A stretch of DNA of 64,000 nucleotides from Candidatus Saccharimonadales bacterium (GCA_035457485.1 DATIBO010000006.1:306659-370658); one strand, 5' to 3'. Numbered from the stretch's first letter, positions 8,416 to 18,663 are shown. Numbers and translations are program-made. Notes: generated by a model from the letters alone, not told the origin.

Positions 8416-9945
8416 ATGTCGATAATTGGCGCAAATCACTGGAACAGGCTAACCCATACTCAGCGCCGGGACAAGATTTTACGGTTTTATAAAACCAACA
8501 GCGCAGAGCTTGTGCATGAATTTTTAAGTATTGTCCGAGCTCAAAAAGGTTATGGAATTTATGCTAGCATCGGGCCTAATTATCAGTATGCGGTTTTTGG
8601 TCGCGATTCTGTCGTAGTCGCCGAAGACATACTCGAGGTAAATCAGGCGCTTGCCAAAGAGATTATTCTGCTTTTGGCCTTTTTACAGGGGCGCGAATTT
8701 AATTTGGTCAGCGAAGAAGAACAAGGCAAGATCCATCACGAATACAGATCTCTATATTTTAGCGGCAAACTTGTGCCTAAAGCCGCTCAGACAGCCTTTA
8801 AAAAACTAGCACCACATTGGGGCGGCACCGACAAGGACATGCTCTACTATGGTTCGTTTGACGCCACGCCACGGTTCGTGAGTTTAGTTCATAAATACTG
8901 CGAGCTTTATGGTCTGGAAATATTAGACTACAAAATAAGCTCAAGGATGGGCAACGATCAGATGACTTTACGTGAGTACGTTCGTCAGGCAACCTCTTGG
9001 TTTGTCGAAAAAATCACGGCGTCGTCGTGGAAGTTATTTGAATTTAGACGTATAAATCCCGAAGGGCTCTACAACCAGGCTTGGGCGGATTCGAGCTTGT
9101 CGTATTTGCACAAAGATGGAACGATTGCCAATAGCGATAGCGGCGTTGCAGCGATAGAGTTGCAAGGCCATGCGTATGATGCTCTCCGCGCAGCCGCTGA
9201 GCTCGTGGCACTCGATGGCGGCGAGGCTAACAGCTGGCGCCATTTAGCGAGTATAGTGCGCAACAACACGCTCGAGCGCATGTGGATGGACGATGAAAAG
9301 TACTTTGCAATGGGGTTGGATCGAAGTACTAACGGCAAGACCCGTTTTGTCAGCGCACTCTCTTCCAATTCGGCGCTTTTGCTTGGAAGTGGCATGCTCA
9401 GGTTAACGCCCCACTATCGAATGTGGTCTCATATAGAGGCGCTGGTAAAAAAGCTGTTTAGCGAAGAATTCATGACAATTGTTGGCCCGCGGATACGCTC
9501 GCTCAAGTATGCTGATCTTGTAAGCTACGCCGACTACCATGGTAGTTATGTGAGTTGGCCAAAGCATACACACGCGATTGCCCTAGGATTACGAAACCAT
9601 GGTTTTTATAGACTAGCTAATTTATTAGACGACTGCGTCTTGCATGCGGTAGGTAAATCCGGTGAATTTTACGAGTTTTATTACGTAGATCGCTTAGGTA
9701 GACCAAAATACCACTACCGTCAGGAAAATCCTGATGAGCCCACTTTGCACGAATTCGCCGCCGCAGAGTTACCTGAGCAGGGACAAGCTTGGACGATCTC
9801 GGCAATTATTAATATCATAAATTACCGCCACTCCGAGCAGCCAATTCAACCAGTTTTAGGCGAAGTTAAAGCATTGGAAGACGAGATTCTACAACAGGAA
9901 AATGTAAAAAGTATAATCGAGCGCTTACCAAAAAAGTTAACTTGA
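8416..9945 (+). CDS. Amylo-alpha-1,6-glucosidase / glycogen-debranching-type six-hairpin glycosidase family protein
   Basis: 509 aa with the family-typical FGRDS motif near the N-terminus. The assignment is by sequence resemblance only. Confidence 0.55.
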   Translation: MSIIGANHWNRLTHTQRRDKILRFYKTNSAELVHEFLSIVRAQKGYGIYASIGPNYQYAVFGRDSVVVAEDILEVNQALAKEIILLLAFLQGREFNLVSEEEQGKIHHEYRSLYFSGKLVPKAAQTAFKKLAPHWGGTDKDMLYYGSFDATPRFVSLVHKYCELYGLEILDYKISSRMGNDQMTLREYVRQATSWFVEKITASSWKLFEFRRINPEGLYNQAWADSSLSYLHKDGTIANSDSGVAAIELQGHAYDALRAAAELVALDGGEANSWRHLASIVRNNTLERMWMDDEKYFAMGLDRSTNGKTRFVSALSSNSALLLGSGMLRLTPHYRMWSHIEALVKKLFSEEFMTIVGPRIRSLKYADLVSYADYHGSYVSWPKHTHAIALGLRNHGFYRLANLLDDCVLHAVGKSGEFYEFYYVDRLGRPKYHYRQENPDEPTLHEFAAAELPEQGQAWTISAIINIINYRHSEQPIQPVLGEVKALEDEILQQENVKSIIERLPKKLT

Positions 9946-10062
9946 TTTTTAAAACTTGTTGCTGGTATACTTTTAGTAGCTTATCTTACTTAAGGTGTTC
10001 TTGGGCATTTTTGAAACAATGTGCTGTCTTGCACCGTATGTAAGAGGAGGGAGAAAATTAGA

Positions 10063-11262
10063 ATGTCAAAACAACTACGTGTAGCAATGATAGCGCCGCC
10101 GTGGCTTCCGATTCCGCCTGCAGGTTATGGCGGGATTGAGAATGTCCTATATGCGCTTATTCCAGAACTTATGAAGCTGGGTGTTAAAATTGAGCTGTTC
10201 GCGACCGGCGACACAACTCTAAAAACCGATAAAAACCATTGGGTTTATAAAACTGGGCAGTATGAATATATACATAAACCTCAGTATGATTCTTTGCCAA
10301 TTAGCGTGGCGCACATGTTGGAAGCTATTAACACCATCCGTGAGGATGGTGGTTTTGATGTAATCCATGACCACAATAACTTTTTAGGTCCGTTAGCTTT
10401 TGCTTTCGCCGACAAAAGTTTGCCGCCAGTCGTTCACACAATTCATGGCCCATGCTTTACGACCCCGGATCGTATTGCTATGGGAATCCCAGACAACATG
10501 CGAATGTGGCGAAGATTTGGTACGGCTAATGTACACTTTGTACCGATTTCGCAAGCCTTGGCCGACGCTGCTCCAAAAGAGTTAAAGCCACGCTTGCTGC
10601 CAGTTGTGCACAACATGATTAACGTTGAACAGTTTCCGTTTGTGCAAAAAAAGAGTGACTACTTTATTACACTCGCAAGATTCCATCCAGAGAAAGGTCA
10701 GGCGATCGCCGTTAAAGTCTGCCAAGACCTAGATTACAAGTTAAAAATGGCTGGTGCTGTTGCAGGGATTACATCCCCACGTAAACTAAGTATGGAGCTA
10801 GCGAATCCATTAAGCGATTTTAGAGGAACTGTGGACTTTCGGTATTACAGTGATCGGATTTTTCCACACGTCGCCGATAATATTGAATACGTTGGCGAAG
10901 TTGCAGGTGAACACAAACTTAGGTTTATAAGCAAGGCCAAAGCGCTTTTGTTCCCGATACAGTGGGACGAGCCATTTGGAATGGCCGCGATAGAGGCGTT
11001 AGCCTGCGGAACTCCGGTAGTTTCTATGGATCGCGGTGCGCTACCAGAAATAATCGATCACGGCGTAAATGGATTTTTGGCCAAAAATTATCGAGAGTTC
11101 AAAAAATACACACAAATGGTCGATCAGATTGATCCAGTCGCTTGCCGCGAGTCCGTAAAACGTAAGTTCTCGGCTGAGCTGGTGGCGAAGTGTTATGTGG
11201 AGCGCTATAGAACGGTAATTGCCCTAAATAAGGGTAAAACCCCACCTCCACCAGTCTGTTAA
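10063..11262 (+). CDS. GT4-family glycosyltransferase
   Basis: RVAMIAPPWLPIPPAGYGGIE N-terminus and a C-terminal E(x7)E-type region (EPFGMAAIEALACGTPVV). Start moved to the ATG after GAGGAGGGAG. Confidence 0.8.
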   Translation: MSKQLRVAMIAPPWLPIPPAGYGGIENVLYALIPELMKLGVKIELFATGDTTLKTDKNHWVYKTGQYEYIHKPQYDSLPISVAHMLEAINTIREDGGFDVIHDHNNFLGPLAFAFADKSLPPVVHTIHGPCFTTPDRIAMGIPDNMRMWRRFGTANVHFVPISQALADAAPKELKPRLLPVVHNMINVEQFPFVQKKSDYFITLARFHPEKGQAIAVKVCQDLDYKLKMAGAVAGITSPRKLSMELANPLSDFRGTVDFRYYSDRIFPHVADNIEYVGEVAGEHKLRFISKAKALLFPIQWDEPFGMAAIEALACGTPVVSMDRGALPEIIDHGVNGFLAKNYREFKKYTQMVDQIDPVACRESVKRKFSAELVAKCYVERYRTVIALNKGKTPPPPVC

Positions 11263-11310
11263 TTGTAAAATACTATTGATAAAAAATTACTTAATCGTAC
11301 AATATGCCAC

Positions 11311-12255
11311 ATGGACAAGCCGATTGTTGGAATTTTCCGAGAAAAACGCGATAATTACTTTGAATTTAAGGCGCCGCACTATCGACAGGCCTATATTGAG
11401 ATTGGCTTAAAACTTGAACAAAAGGGGATTTATCCTGCGATTTTGGTTGGCCAAAGCACATATTTAGGTCAGGGAAAGTTCAGTAAACACTGGCATCCAG
11501 TAAAGGATGGCGATAACTTTGATTTTGAAGAGCGCGGTGAAATAACCGTTGATATGGTTTGGAATAAAGATCACTTTATTGATGACGGGAAGGTTCTAAC
11601 GGTAAACACTCGCGAGCTCAATGAAATATGCTGGTCCAAAAATAAAACCTACGAGGTTTTGAGCGAGTTTCATCCTAAAACCTTAAACGTGCAAAGCGCA
11701 CAAGAACTTAGAGACGCAATTGACTCTGTTCCAAGCGAAATGGTGGCAGTTAAGGAGATCGAGGGTAGTTCTGGTGATGGTGTTTTTGTGGGCTTAAAGC
11801 GCGATGCGTACAATACTAATCTAAAATTCCCGCTTATTGTTCAGGAATTTATAGAGACCAGCGCTGGTGTGCCTGGGATCACCGACAAACGTCATGATGT
11901 TAGAGTTGTGCTGGCCAACGGTCAACCCATTGCAGCGACGCTTAGGACTCCGCCCGAGGGTGGTTTTAAGTCTAACCTTGGATACGGGGGTGAAAATCGA
12001 TTATTAAATATAAGTGATCTGCCAGATGATTTACTGCAGATTTGCTCCAATATTGATAAAGTTTTACAAAGGTATGGCAAATTTAGGCTGTATTCTGTAG
12101 ACTTTGGACTGACGCCAAATGGTTGGCGAATGTTTGAGGCGAACGGCATGCCTGGAGTGATTGCGGTAAGTCGTGGCGAACAGGCGATTGAATATCAAGA
12201 TAAGCTGACGGATTTTTTAAAGATGATCGGCGAACGGGTCAAAGGTAAAAAATGA
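11311..12255 (+). CDS. ATP-grasp family ligase (RimK-like paralogue)
   Basis: 314 aa with an ATP-grasp-like core (VAVKEIEGSSGDGVF...IVQEFIE...DVRVVL). ATGA overlap with the next gene. Confidence 0.6.
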   Translation: MDKPIVGIFREKRDNYFEFKAPHYRQAYIEIGLKLEQKGIYPAILVGQSTYLGQGKFSKHWHPVKDGDNFDFEERGEITVDMVWNKDHFIDDGKVLTVNTRELNEICWSKNKTYEVLSEFHPKTLNVQSAQELRDAIDSVPSEMVAVKEIEGSSGDGVFVGLKRDAYNTNLKFPLIVQEFIETSAGVPGITDKRHDVRVVLANGQPIAATLRTPPEGGFKSNLGYGGENRLLNISDLPDDLLQICSNIDKVLQRYGKFRLYSVDFGLTPNGWRMFEANGMPGVIAVSRGEQAIEYQDKLTDFLKMIGERVKGKK

Positions 12256-12698
12256 ATCGACCGATTTTAGGTAAGAGCGAAAAGATTAGCTTTCCAGAAT
12301 TTGGCTTGACAGATGTTTTGGCTAAAGTTGATACCGGTGCATACACTTCGTCGTTAGATTGCGAGTTCGTAAAAGAGATCGAGAAAGATGGCAAAAAAGT
12401 CATCGAATTCGTACTTTTAAATACAAATCGCCCTGGTTATACTGGCAAAATATTTTATAGCGATGAGTATCTTTACACCGAAATCAAAAGTGCGAATGGT
12501 GTCCAGCTGCGCTATATGATCGTGACTGATCTTGTTTTGCACGAAAAAACATATTCAATCAGAATAAGTCTTAACGACAGATCAAAAATGATATATCCTG
12601 CCCTAATTGGGCGAAAATTAATTGCGTTAGGAGACTTTTTAGTGGATGTAAAAACCGGCGAAGGTCCAACCGACGACGAGGAGACGCGTGGATTATGA
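12252..12698 (+). CDS. RimK-associated retropepsin-like aspartic protease (RimB / DUF785-type)
   Basis: AKVDTGAYTSSL (D-T-G) motif. 148 aa. Coupled by ATGA overlaps on both sides. Confidence 0.65.
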   Translation: MNRPILGKSEKISFPEFGLTDVLAKVDTGAYTSSLDCEFVKEIEKDGKKVIEFVLLNTNRPGYTGKIFYSDEYLYTEIKSANGVQLRYMIVTDLVLHEKTYSIRISLNDRSKMIYPALIGRKLIALGDFLVDVKTGEGPTDDEETRGL

Positions 12699-13600
12699 AA
12701 ATCGGAATTCTATCACGAGAGCCTGAAAGCGTTGCAACAACGCGAATTTTTAATGAGGCAAAAAAACGTGGTCACGAAGTTGATATTATTAATTATACTG
12801 AATGTTATGGCACCGTTGAGCAAAGTAATCCGATTGTGCGGTACGAGGGTGAGGATTTAGGTGGTTATGATGCCATAATCCCGCGCATTGCGCAAAGTTA
12901 TACCAAGTATGGTACGGCAATTGTGCGCCAGTTCGAGATGCAGGGTGTTTTTACAACTGCAAGCTCGATTGCCATCTCGCGATCCCGTGACAAACTGCGA
13001 TCCATGCAGCTTTTGGCGCGAGCTGGGGTAGGTGTCCCAAAAACGCTTTTCGCCAGTGAGACCTCTGCCTTTGACGACGTGATTGCACAGCTAGGCGGCG
13101 CGCCGTTAATTGTTAAGGTTACGCGCGGTACTCAGGGAAACGGTGTGGTTTTGGCCGAGACCAACAAAGCCGCTAAGGCGGTAATGCAGGCATTTTATGT
13201 GGAAGGTGTGAACTTTTTGGTTCAGGAATTTGTAAAAGAATCTGCTGGCACAGATATTAGGGCTGTAGTAGTTGGAAATAGGGTTGTGGCGAGTTACATG
13301 CGTCAAAGTTTGGATGAAGATTTTCGTTCTAATATTCATCAAGGCGGAGTAGGCAAGCCAATTAAAATTACCGACGAAGAGCGCCATACTGCAATTAAAG
13401 CGGCGCGCGCAACCGGGCTACCAGTTTGCGGTGTAGATATGATGCGATCGGACCGTGGCCCATTAGTGCTTGAGGTGAATTCATCACCGGGACTTGAGGG
13501 CGTGGAACGCACAACCGGCCGCAATGTCGCCGAAAAAATAATTGAATATATTGAGCTAAACGCCAAACGACGCAGTAAAAAAGATCGCATTGGCGCCTAA
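12695..13600 (+). CDS. rimK: Ribosomal protein S6--L-glutamate ligase RimK (ATP-grasp)
   Basis: MKIGILSREP...PRI...SRDKLRSMQLLARAGVGVPKT...VKVTRGTQGNGV...EVNSSPGLEG is typical of RimK. Confidence 0.85.
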   Translation: MKIGILSREPESVATTRIFNEAKKRGHEVDIINYTECYGTVEQSNPIVRYEGEDLGGYDAIIPRIAQSYTKYGTAIVRQFEMQGVFTTASSIAISRSRDKLRSMQLLARAGVGVPKTLFASETSAFDDVIAQLGGAPLIVKVTRGTQGNGVVLAETNKAAKAVMQAFYVEGVNFLVQEFVKESAGTDIRAVVVGNRVVASYMRQSLDEDFRSNIHQGGVGKPIKITDEERHTAIKAARATGLPVCGVDMMRSDRGPLVLEVNSSPGLEGVERTTGRNVAEKIIEYIELNAKRRSKKDRIGA

Positions 13601-13631
13601 GATCGTAAAATTGCTCAGCTGGTGTTAATAT

Positions 13632-14120
13632 GTGCTTATGCCTGCTACAATTTTTTTAGCCGGGATAGGCGTAGCCTTATTTGCCTTAGCATTCTTAACT
13701 AAGCGCTCGTTTGGAGTCCTTGGTTTGGCACTTGCTGCCGGGTCACTGATTAGCGCAAATTTTGCAAATATCGTAACCACGCTGCTTGAATCCAACGGTG
13801 TTTCGGTTCAGTTTATTCCACTATCAACACTTGTGGAGTTACTTTTAGTAATCACGCCAGCGATTATTCTGTTGGTTAGCGGTCCAACTTACAGCGCAAT
13901 GTGGATGCGAATAATTGGTTCATTAGCTTTTGCGGTCTTGGCGTTGGTGTTTTTGTTGCAGCCACTCGGTGAGGCTTTGAATCTGGATGGTCCATCGTTA
14001 CAGACTTATCAGTGGTTTAGTTTAAATCAAAGCATTATAATTGTGATAGGTTTGATTTTGGCGGTTGCTGATACCTTATTTGTAAGAGGTAATAAACCAG
14101 CCAAGAAACACGGGCATTGA
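13632..14120 (+). CDS. Integral membrane protein (about 5 TM), unknown function
   Basis: Track ORF, hydrophobic throughout, GTG start. Confidence 0.55.
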   Translation: MLMPATIFLAGIGVALFALAFLTKRSFGVLGLALAAGSLISANFANIVTTLLESNGVSVQFIPLSTLVELLLVITPAIILLVSGPTYSAMWMRIIGSLAFAVLALVFLLQPLGEALNLDGPSLQTYQWFSLNQSIIIVIGLILAVADTLFVRGNKPAKKHGH

Positions 14121-14175
14121 CAAAAACAGATCAAAAATGGTAAAATTCTTCTGTTTTGTTAGTGCAAAACTACGC

Positions 14176-14252
14176 GGGACCATAGCTCAGCTGGTTAGAG
14201 CACCTGCCTTTTAAGCAGGGTGTCCTGGGTTCAAGTCCCAGTGGTCCCTCCA
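14176..14252 (+). tRNA. tRNA-Lys (anticodon UUU), CCA encoded
   Basis: I folded the cloverleaf by hand. Acceptor GGGACCA/TGGTCCC, anticodon arm CCTGC-CTTTTAA-GCAGG, T-arm CTGGG-TTCAAGT-CCCAG. A terminator hairpin follows (about 14264-14290). Confidence 0.92.
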
Positions 14253-14345
14253 GAATTTATCAAAAAGCTCCTGTGCAGGGAGTTTTTTGTTGTCTAGAAA
14301 ATGAGACAGTTTTTATCTTATAGCATATGATTTTATACTTCAGTC

Positions 14346-15269
14346 GTGTCTAAAAAGAAAATCCTGGTAACTGATAGCTTATTTATTTTCGACGAACACG
14401 TTAAACAGCTTAATGACGCTAATATATTTGTGGAGCGCTTAGATAAGTTGCGTGCCACCGAACAAGAGCTTATATCGGCTCTAAAGGGCAAAGATGGCTA
14501 TATTTTGGGCGGTGACGAGCGTGTGAGCGATGGCGTTGTTAAAAGCTTTGACAATCTTAAGGTGATTTCGGTTGCCGCAACCGACTGGCGACAGTTCGTG
14601 CCTGGGTGGCGCGAGGCGCTCAGTATGGGCATAAAAATTACTAACGCGCCGCATATTAATGCCAAGGCAGTTGCGGAATGGTTATTAAGTACTGGTTTGG
14701 CGATGAACCGCGATCTGTTTGGATTAGGCAAAATGGGTGACAAAACTTTTAATACCGTAAAAGAAATCAGCGAGCTTAAAGTGGGAGTAATTGGCCTAGG
14801 GCACATTGGTTTGGAAGCTGCTCGGCTTTTTGATGCAATTGGCGCAAACGTAGTTTATTGGAGTAAAAGCGTCAAGAATGTGAAATTCAAAAAACAAAAT
14901 CTTAACCAACTCTTAAAAACTAGCGATATCGTGTTGTTTTGTGTCTCGGCTGCTGCCGGTGAAGATTACGTTAATGCCGACAAACTGAAGATGTTAAAAA
15001 ATGGTGCAATCGTAACGTCGTTGAACATTGCCGTGACAGATGAAGAAGCGCTTTTGGCGGAGCTAAAGAACGGCAGAATCAGAGGATTCTTAGATTGGAC
15101 ACCTAAAAATCCTGAGTTTCAAAAAATATCATTTAGCAATTTTTATTGCTCAAACTCCAGCTCGGCGTTTAACACTCATAGGGCAAATAAAATGACGAGC
15201 GACATTGTCACTAGGTCGATTATTAAAATTTTAAATAGCCAAGACGATGAATATGTAGTAAATTATTAA
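14346..15269 (+). CDS. D-isomer-specific 2-hydroxyacid dehydrogenase family protein
   Basis: NAD-binding fingerprint VGVIGLGHIGLEAARL. 307 aa. GTG start. Confidence 0.7.
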   Translation: MSKKKILVTDSLFIFDEHVKQLNDANIFVERLDKLRATEQELISALKGKDGYILGGDERVSDGVVKSFDNLKVISVAATDWRQFVPGWREALSMGIKITNAPHINAKAVAEWLLSTGLAMNRDLFGLGKMGDKTFNTVKEISELKVGVIGLGHIGLEAARLFDAIGANVVYWSKSVKNVKFKKQNLNQLLKTSDIVLFCVSAAAGEDYVNADKLKMLKNGAIVTSLNIAVTDEEALLAELKNGRIRGFLDWTPKNPEFQKISFSNFYCSNSSSAFNTHRANKMTSDIVTRSIIKILNSQDDEYVVNY

Positions 15270-15272
15270 ATT

Positions 15273-15467
15273 ATGAAACACCTGTATCTTTCTAATCGCG
15301 ATAAGAAAATTTCCGGCCTTTGCGGTGGAATCGCCGAATACCTAAACGTAGACTCAACAATCATTCGACTACTTTGGGTAATTGTTACAATCTTTACGGG
15401 TGTATTCCCGGGAGTGCTGGCTTATTTAATTGGCGTGGCTGTGGTGCCGCAAGCACCAGCAAAATAG
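15273..15467 (+). CDS. PspC-domain membrane protein
   Basis: [25 protein letters not shown] is a typical PspC domain. 64 aa. Confidence 0.75.
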   Translation: MKHLYLSNRDKKISGLCGGIAEYLNVDSTIIRLLWVIVTIFTGVFPGVLAYLIGVAVVPQAPAK

Positions 15468-15507
15468 CGATTACCCGCCAAGTGCGGGTTTTTGTTAATA
15501 TTAAAGC

Positions 15508-15780
15508 ATGTGCAGGAATATTAAGACCTTATATAATTTTGATCCGCCGGCAACCGATGACGAGGTTTTTGCGGCAGCTTTACAGTATGTTCGTAAAATA
15601 TCCGGTTTCCACGAGCCGTCAGAGGTTAACAGAGAGGCTTTTGAAGATGCAGTTAAAGAAGTCGCACACGCGTCGCAGCATTTGCTGGATCACCTAAAAA
15701 CCAAAGCCCACCCGCATAATCGCGAAGAAGAAGCTAAAAAAGCGCACGAGCGGGCTTTAAAGAGGTTTGGGGGTAGGTAA
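15508..15780 (+). CDS. DUF2277-like small protein
   Basis: MCRNIKTLYNFDPPATDDEV... N-terminus is characteristic of this conserved family. Assigned from memory of the family. Confidence 0.55.
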   Translation: MCRNIKTLYNFDPPATDDEVFAAALQYVRKISGFHEPSEVNREAFEDAVKEVAHASQHLLDHLKTKAHPHNREEEAKKAHERALKRFGGR

Positions 15781-16173
15781 TTTAACTTTAATGTGTGTCG
15801 CGCCGTTTGGGATGTCGGCGCCTTCTTGGACGTCACAAAAAATCTGTTTAGTTCGATTGTCGTTTTGATGCGACTTCATGAAGCGAACACCCGCTTGACC
15901 CGAGGAGCCGGCGCTGAATTTCAGGGATTCGCGCATTGAAATTTGCTGAGAAATAAGCTCGATCTTGGTTTTATCTAAAGTGCTGGCGCGGTCAACTTTG
16001 AGTTTACGGTCTTGAAGCTTCCATTTTTTGCGCATCACCGATAATAGGGCGTGAGGTCGGTCACAAATTACGGCGACCTGACCATGGGGTATGTATGTTA
16101 GAATTTGCGATATCAATTCTTCAATCATTTTAGATCTGTTAGCAACAACAATTACATCTGAACGCGGCCTCAC
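15757..16173 (-). CDS. Hypothetical protein (138 aa)
   Basis: Track ORF with a GTG start preceded by AGGAGGG. Its 3' end overlaps the convergent gene by 24 nt. Confidence 0.5.
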   Translation of the reverse strand: MRPRSDVIVVANRSKMIEELISQILTYIPHGQVAVICDRPHALLSVMRKKWKLQDRKLKVDRASTLDKTKIELISQQISMRESLKFSAGSSGQAGVRFMKSHQNDNRTKQIFCDVQEGADIPNGATHIKVKLPTPKPL

Positions 16174-16324
16174 GTACCCTCCTCGGTCTAGCAGTAGAAT
16201 GAAATTTTTTACAGTTTGTGCTACTCTTGATATCTGTAGATAATATTTACAGCATTTACCAGTTGCTTAAGTAAATGATATATTCATAAAATAAGTCATG
16301 TCAATAACAAAGTTGTAGAATCTC

Positions 16325-17536
16325 ATGCAGTACTTCAGAAATCATGAACTAGCTAAAAGATATAACGTCTCTCAAACTACTGTTGGCAAGTGGGTGGAAG
16401 CTGCAAAAAACGGCAAACTAGATTTATCAATGATTGAGGATTCGGGTAAGTCATTTATAGCTGCAACGAATAAGAACTCGAAAGTCATCGAGGAACTGTT
16501 GGAGGATAGGAAGAAGTACGTTAATAAGCTTAGCCACAAAATCGTAACGCCAAAACCTGAGTTTTATGCCCGTTTTTCTCCTGAGCAAGTCTTGGATATC
16601 GTAAAGTCTTTAAGCGTTAATAAAGAGTTGCCGTGGTCTTATAACTACCACGGGCAAGGCGCAGCGTATTGGGATAGACAAGTTAAGATTAGACTTAGCG
16701 AATACGGGTCGCTTCCTGAAAGCGCTCTCATGAAGATGACTAAAAGTTACATAGATTCGATCACGAATGGATATAAAATAAATGTTATTGATGTTGGACC
16801 TGGAAATGCAGAGCCGGTTCGAGAATTTATAGCTGATCTTATAAAAGAGGGCAGGATGGGGCGATACATTGCAATCGATTCCAGTCCAGAAATGCTGGTT
16901 TTGGCCGAGAAAAATTTGAAAAAATGGTTTGGCGTTGGATTTAATTTTGAAGGCGATATTCGCGATGTGACTTACGAAAGATTTAGTGAGGTAATTGCTA
17001 AGGATAAAAATGATAAGTCTGTAAATTTACTTTTATTTTTAGGAGGAACTCTTTGTAATTTCCAATCAATGAATGACGCATTGAGAGTACTGTACGGAAG
17101 CATGGGTCCAGATGACTATCTTATACATAGTCAGAAATTGGATACTATTAGGAATAGGAGTATTTTTAGCTTTGAGCGGAGCAGAGGTGAGAAAAAACTA
17201 GCCTCTAATTACAGGACTGTTGTCGACCTCTTGAATATTGATGACGACTCCTTATTTAATGTAGTAATGGGGTTTGATGAAAAGCTACAGCGCAGGTATC
17301 TTGGCGTAGAATTAAGAGTGTCGTTGACCATTGACTTTAAAATTGAAGCCTGCAATTTGACACAGTCTGTAGACTTTAAAAAAGGTGATGTAATAATGCT
17401 TTGGTACTATAAGCATCAATCAGCCGAAGAAGTAATTGATCAATTTAGCGATAATGGTTTTGATGTTATTCACTCTAGTCAGACGCAGGATAGGGAGTTT
17501 ATGATAGTCGTCACTAGCTTGAAGCATGCTCGTTGA
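16325..17536 (+). CDS. N-terminal HTH fused to an EgtD-like (Methyltransf_33-type) SAM-dependent methyltransferase
   Basis: HTH-like YNVSQTTVGKWVEAAKNG, then VIDVGPGNAEPVREFI...IAIDSSPEML...LFLGGTLCNF resembling histidine-specific methyltransferases. Confidence 0.45.
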   Translation: MQYFRNHELAKRYNVSQTTVGKWVEAAKNGKLDLSMIEDSGKSFIAATNKNSKVIEELLEDRKKYVNKLSHKIVTPKPEFYARFSPEQVLDIVKSLSVNKELPWSYNYHGQGAAYWDRQVKIRLSEYGSLPESALMKMTKSYIDSITNGYKINVIDVGPGNAEPVREFIADLIKEGRMGRYIAIDSSPEMLVLAEKNLKKWFGVGFNFEGDIRDVTYERFSEVIAKDKNDKSVNLLLFLGGTLCNFQSMNDALRVLYGSMGPDDYLIHSQKLDTIRNRSIFSFERSRGEKKLASNYRTVVDLLNIDDDSLFNVVMGFDEKLQRRYLGVELRVSLTIDFKIEACNLTQSVDFKKGDVIMLWYYKHQSAEEVIDQFSDNGFDVIHSSQTQDREFMIVVTSLKHAR

Positions 17537-17573
17537 ATTCGCTAAACAGATGTAAAAATGCTAAAATAACTAT

Positions 17574-18374
17574 ATGAAAATTCTAGACGGTCTTGAGTTG
17601 GCTGGTTATATTAAGGAGCGGCAGGCTCGGCAGGTGCGGGCGTTGCGGCAGTCGCAACAAATCTTTCCTAAGTTGGCGATTGTTCGCACTATTGACGATG
17701 CGCGGATCGCGGCTTATGTCCGGCTTAAAAAAGCTTACGGTAACGATATTTTAATTGATGTAGAGGAGCATTTTGTTCGGCAAGGCGAGGCTTTGGAGCT
17801 GATCAAAAAACTCAATGCGGCGAACGATGTGACTGCGATAATTATCCAGCTGCCGCTTGCTGATCCCGCTCAGACAGAAGAGCTTTTAAACGCGGTTGAT
17901 CCTAAAAAGGATGTCGATGGCTTGGGCAAAAACGCAATTTTGCAACCTGCTACCGCACTTTCGATTATGTGGTTGCTAGATGGCTATAATATTGAACTTA
18001 GGGGTAGAAAGATTGTAATTGTTGGTCGTGGTCGTTTGGTTGGGGCTCCTCTTGAGAAAATGCTTAAAGAACTTAACTTGGATGTTACGGTTGTAACAAA
18101 AGAGACCTCTGGGAATGAACAAGTTATTCGCGACGCGGATATTTTAATTAGCGCAGCCGGTGCGCCAGGGCTTGTAAAATCTGACATGATTAAAATTGAC
18201 GCCGTTGTGGTTGACGCGGGCGTGGCTACAGATAAAGGGAAGCTCGTAGGTGATATTGATCCGGCTGCACGTGAGCGTCATGATCTTACCATTACTCCCG
18301 AAAAGGGCGGCGTTGGGCCGTTAACGGTGTGTGCTTTGTTTGATAATGTGATCCGCGCAGCCTCCTTGAATTGA
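17574..18374 (+). CDS. folD: Bifunctional methylenetetrahydrofolate dehydrogenase/cyclohydrolase FolD
   Basis: Typical FolD sequence (ILDG...QLPL...DPKKDVDG...VVGRGRLVG.P...GGVGPLT). Confidence 0.9.
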   Translation: MKILDGLELAGYIKERQARQVRALRQSQQIFPKLAIVRTIDDARIAAYVRLKKAYGNDILIDVEEHFVRQGEALELIKKLNAANDVTAIIIQLPLADPAQTEELLNAVDPKKDVDGLGKNAILQPATALSIMWLLDGYNIELRGRKIVIVGRGRLVGAPLEKMLKELNLDVTVVTKETSGNEQVIRDADILISAAGAPGLVKSDMIKIDAVVVDAGVATDKGKLVGDIDPAARERHDLTITPEKGGVGPLTVCALFDNVIRAASLN

Positions 18375-18405
18375 CTTAACTAAGCAAAAGTTATATAAGT
18401 TCGGT

Positions 18406-18663
18406 ATGAATATTTACCGACGGTACAGCGAAAGAACGCCGCTAAAAGAAGACCTCGAACATAAAGCTCAGAGGCGACGAAAGTTAGGAATGGCAGCGAT
18501 TACTGCGGTAGTTTTAGTCGTAACAGGTCAAGGAATCGAAGCTGCGGGTGACGTGGTGGATTTACTAAAAAACACGTACATATGGCAAACCAACGGTTAT
18601 GAGCCTGGTGAGCCAGTCATAAATCAGCCGCTTTTAGAGCCCGAAAACGGCGTAATGAACTAA
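18406..18663 (+). CDS. Small single-TM hypothetical protein
   Basis: Track ORF with one TM (LGMAAITAVVLVVTG). Confidence 0.4.
   Translation: MNIYRRYSERTPLKEDLEHKAQRRRKLGMAAITAVVLVVTGQGIEAAGDVVDLLKNTYIWQTNGYEPGEPVINQPLLEPENGVMN

Noticed and set aside
15320-15697. 125-aa ORF overlapping the PspC-domain and DUF2277-like genes.
   Set aside because: It is an alternative frame across two better-supported genes and their intergenic region.
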